Below, piece after piece: positions 63,801 to 64,000 of a stretch of 64,000 bases of DNA (positions within the stretch are counted from its first letter, which is position 1; each line of letters starts with the position of its first letter). Made by a program: the position numbers and the translations under genes. This stretch comes from Octopus vulgaris (Eukaryota): the NCBI GenBank assembly GCA_951406725.2, contig OX597815.1, forward strand, positions 37,324,001-37,388,000, read 5' to 3'. The notes beneath the pieces are model-generated. The model was not told the DNA's origin and ran no database searches. It worked only from the letters and a program-made list of their open reading frames with translations.

Positions 63801-63924
63801 GTCGACTATTTGCTGCAACAAATAAATGCCAAACAAAACGGATGCGAAAATACACTTCATAGAAAAATAGTTTCTAAGATTGTGTTAGAAAACTAATGTA
63901 CCTGCACGTGGTATACATACATAT

Positions 63925-63935
63925 AAATGTATATG

Positions 63936-63996
<61 letters not shown>
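63925..63996. repeat. (TA)n microsatellite
   Basis: Direct reading. Confidence 0.95.

Positions 63997-64000
<4 letters not shown>

Overview
AT-rich, microsatellite-dense eukaryotic DNA with no recognisable host protein-coding gene, rRNA, functional tRNA or CRISPR array. The repeat content resembles octopus (coleoid cephalopod) intergenic or intronic DNA; this assignment is inferred from SINE types and repeat style. Most ORFs in the supplied track are microsatellite read-throughs or SINE artefacts. The window is a layered set of transposon remnants: (1) at least three tRNA-derived SINE families; (2) decayed DNA transposons (Tigger/pogo, Merlin, Chapaev3 with TIRs and TAA TSD, Tc1/maT) and several MITE or fold-back elements; (3) LINEs (a young and an old CR1-group copy, three R4/Dong-type pieces in (TAA)n, L1/Tx1-like pieces); (4) a solo LTR; (5) many Penelope-like (PLE) remnants carrying about ten type-I hammerhead ribozyme motifs. 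The best candidates for something undescribed are a tRNA-headed, hammerhead-bearing SINE-like unit with a Penelope-style inverted tail, a 207-bp TSD-flanked mini-element whose hammerhead has a swapped G3-C8 core, an ORF1-only (HAL1-like) L1/Tx1 derivative that shares its 3' tail with a SINE, and a shared end motif on (TA)n-embedded fold-backs. All alignments and folds were done by eye, so boundaries are approximate unless TIR/TSD sequences are quoted.
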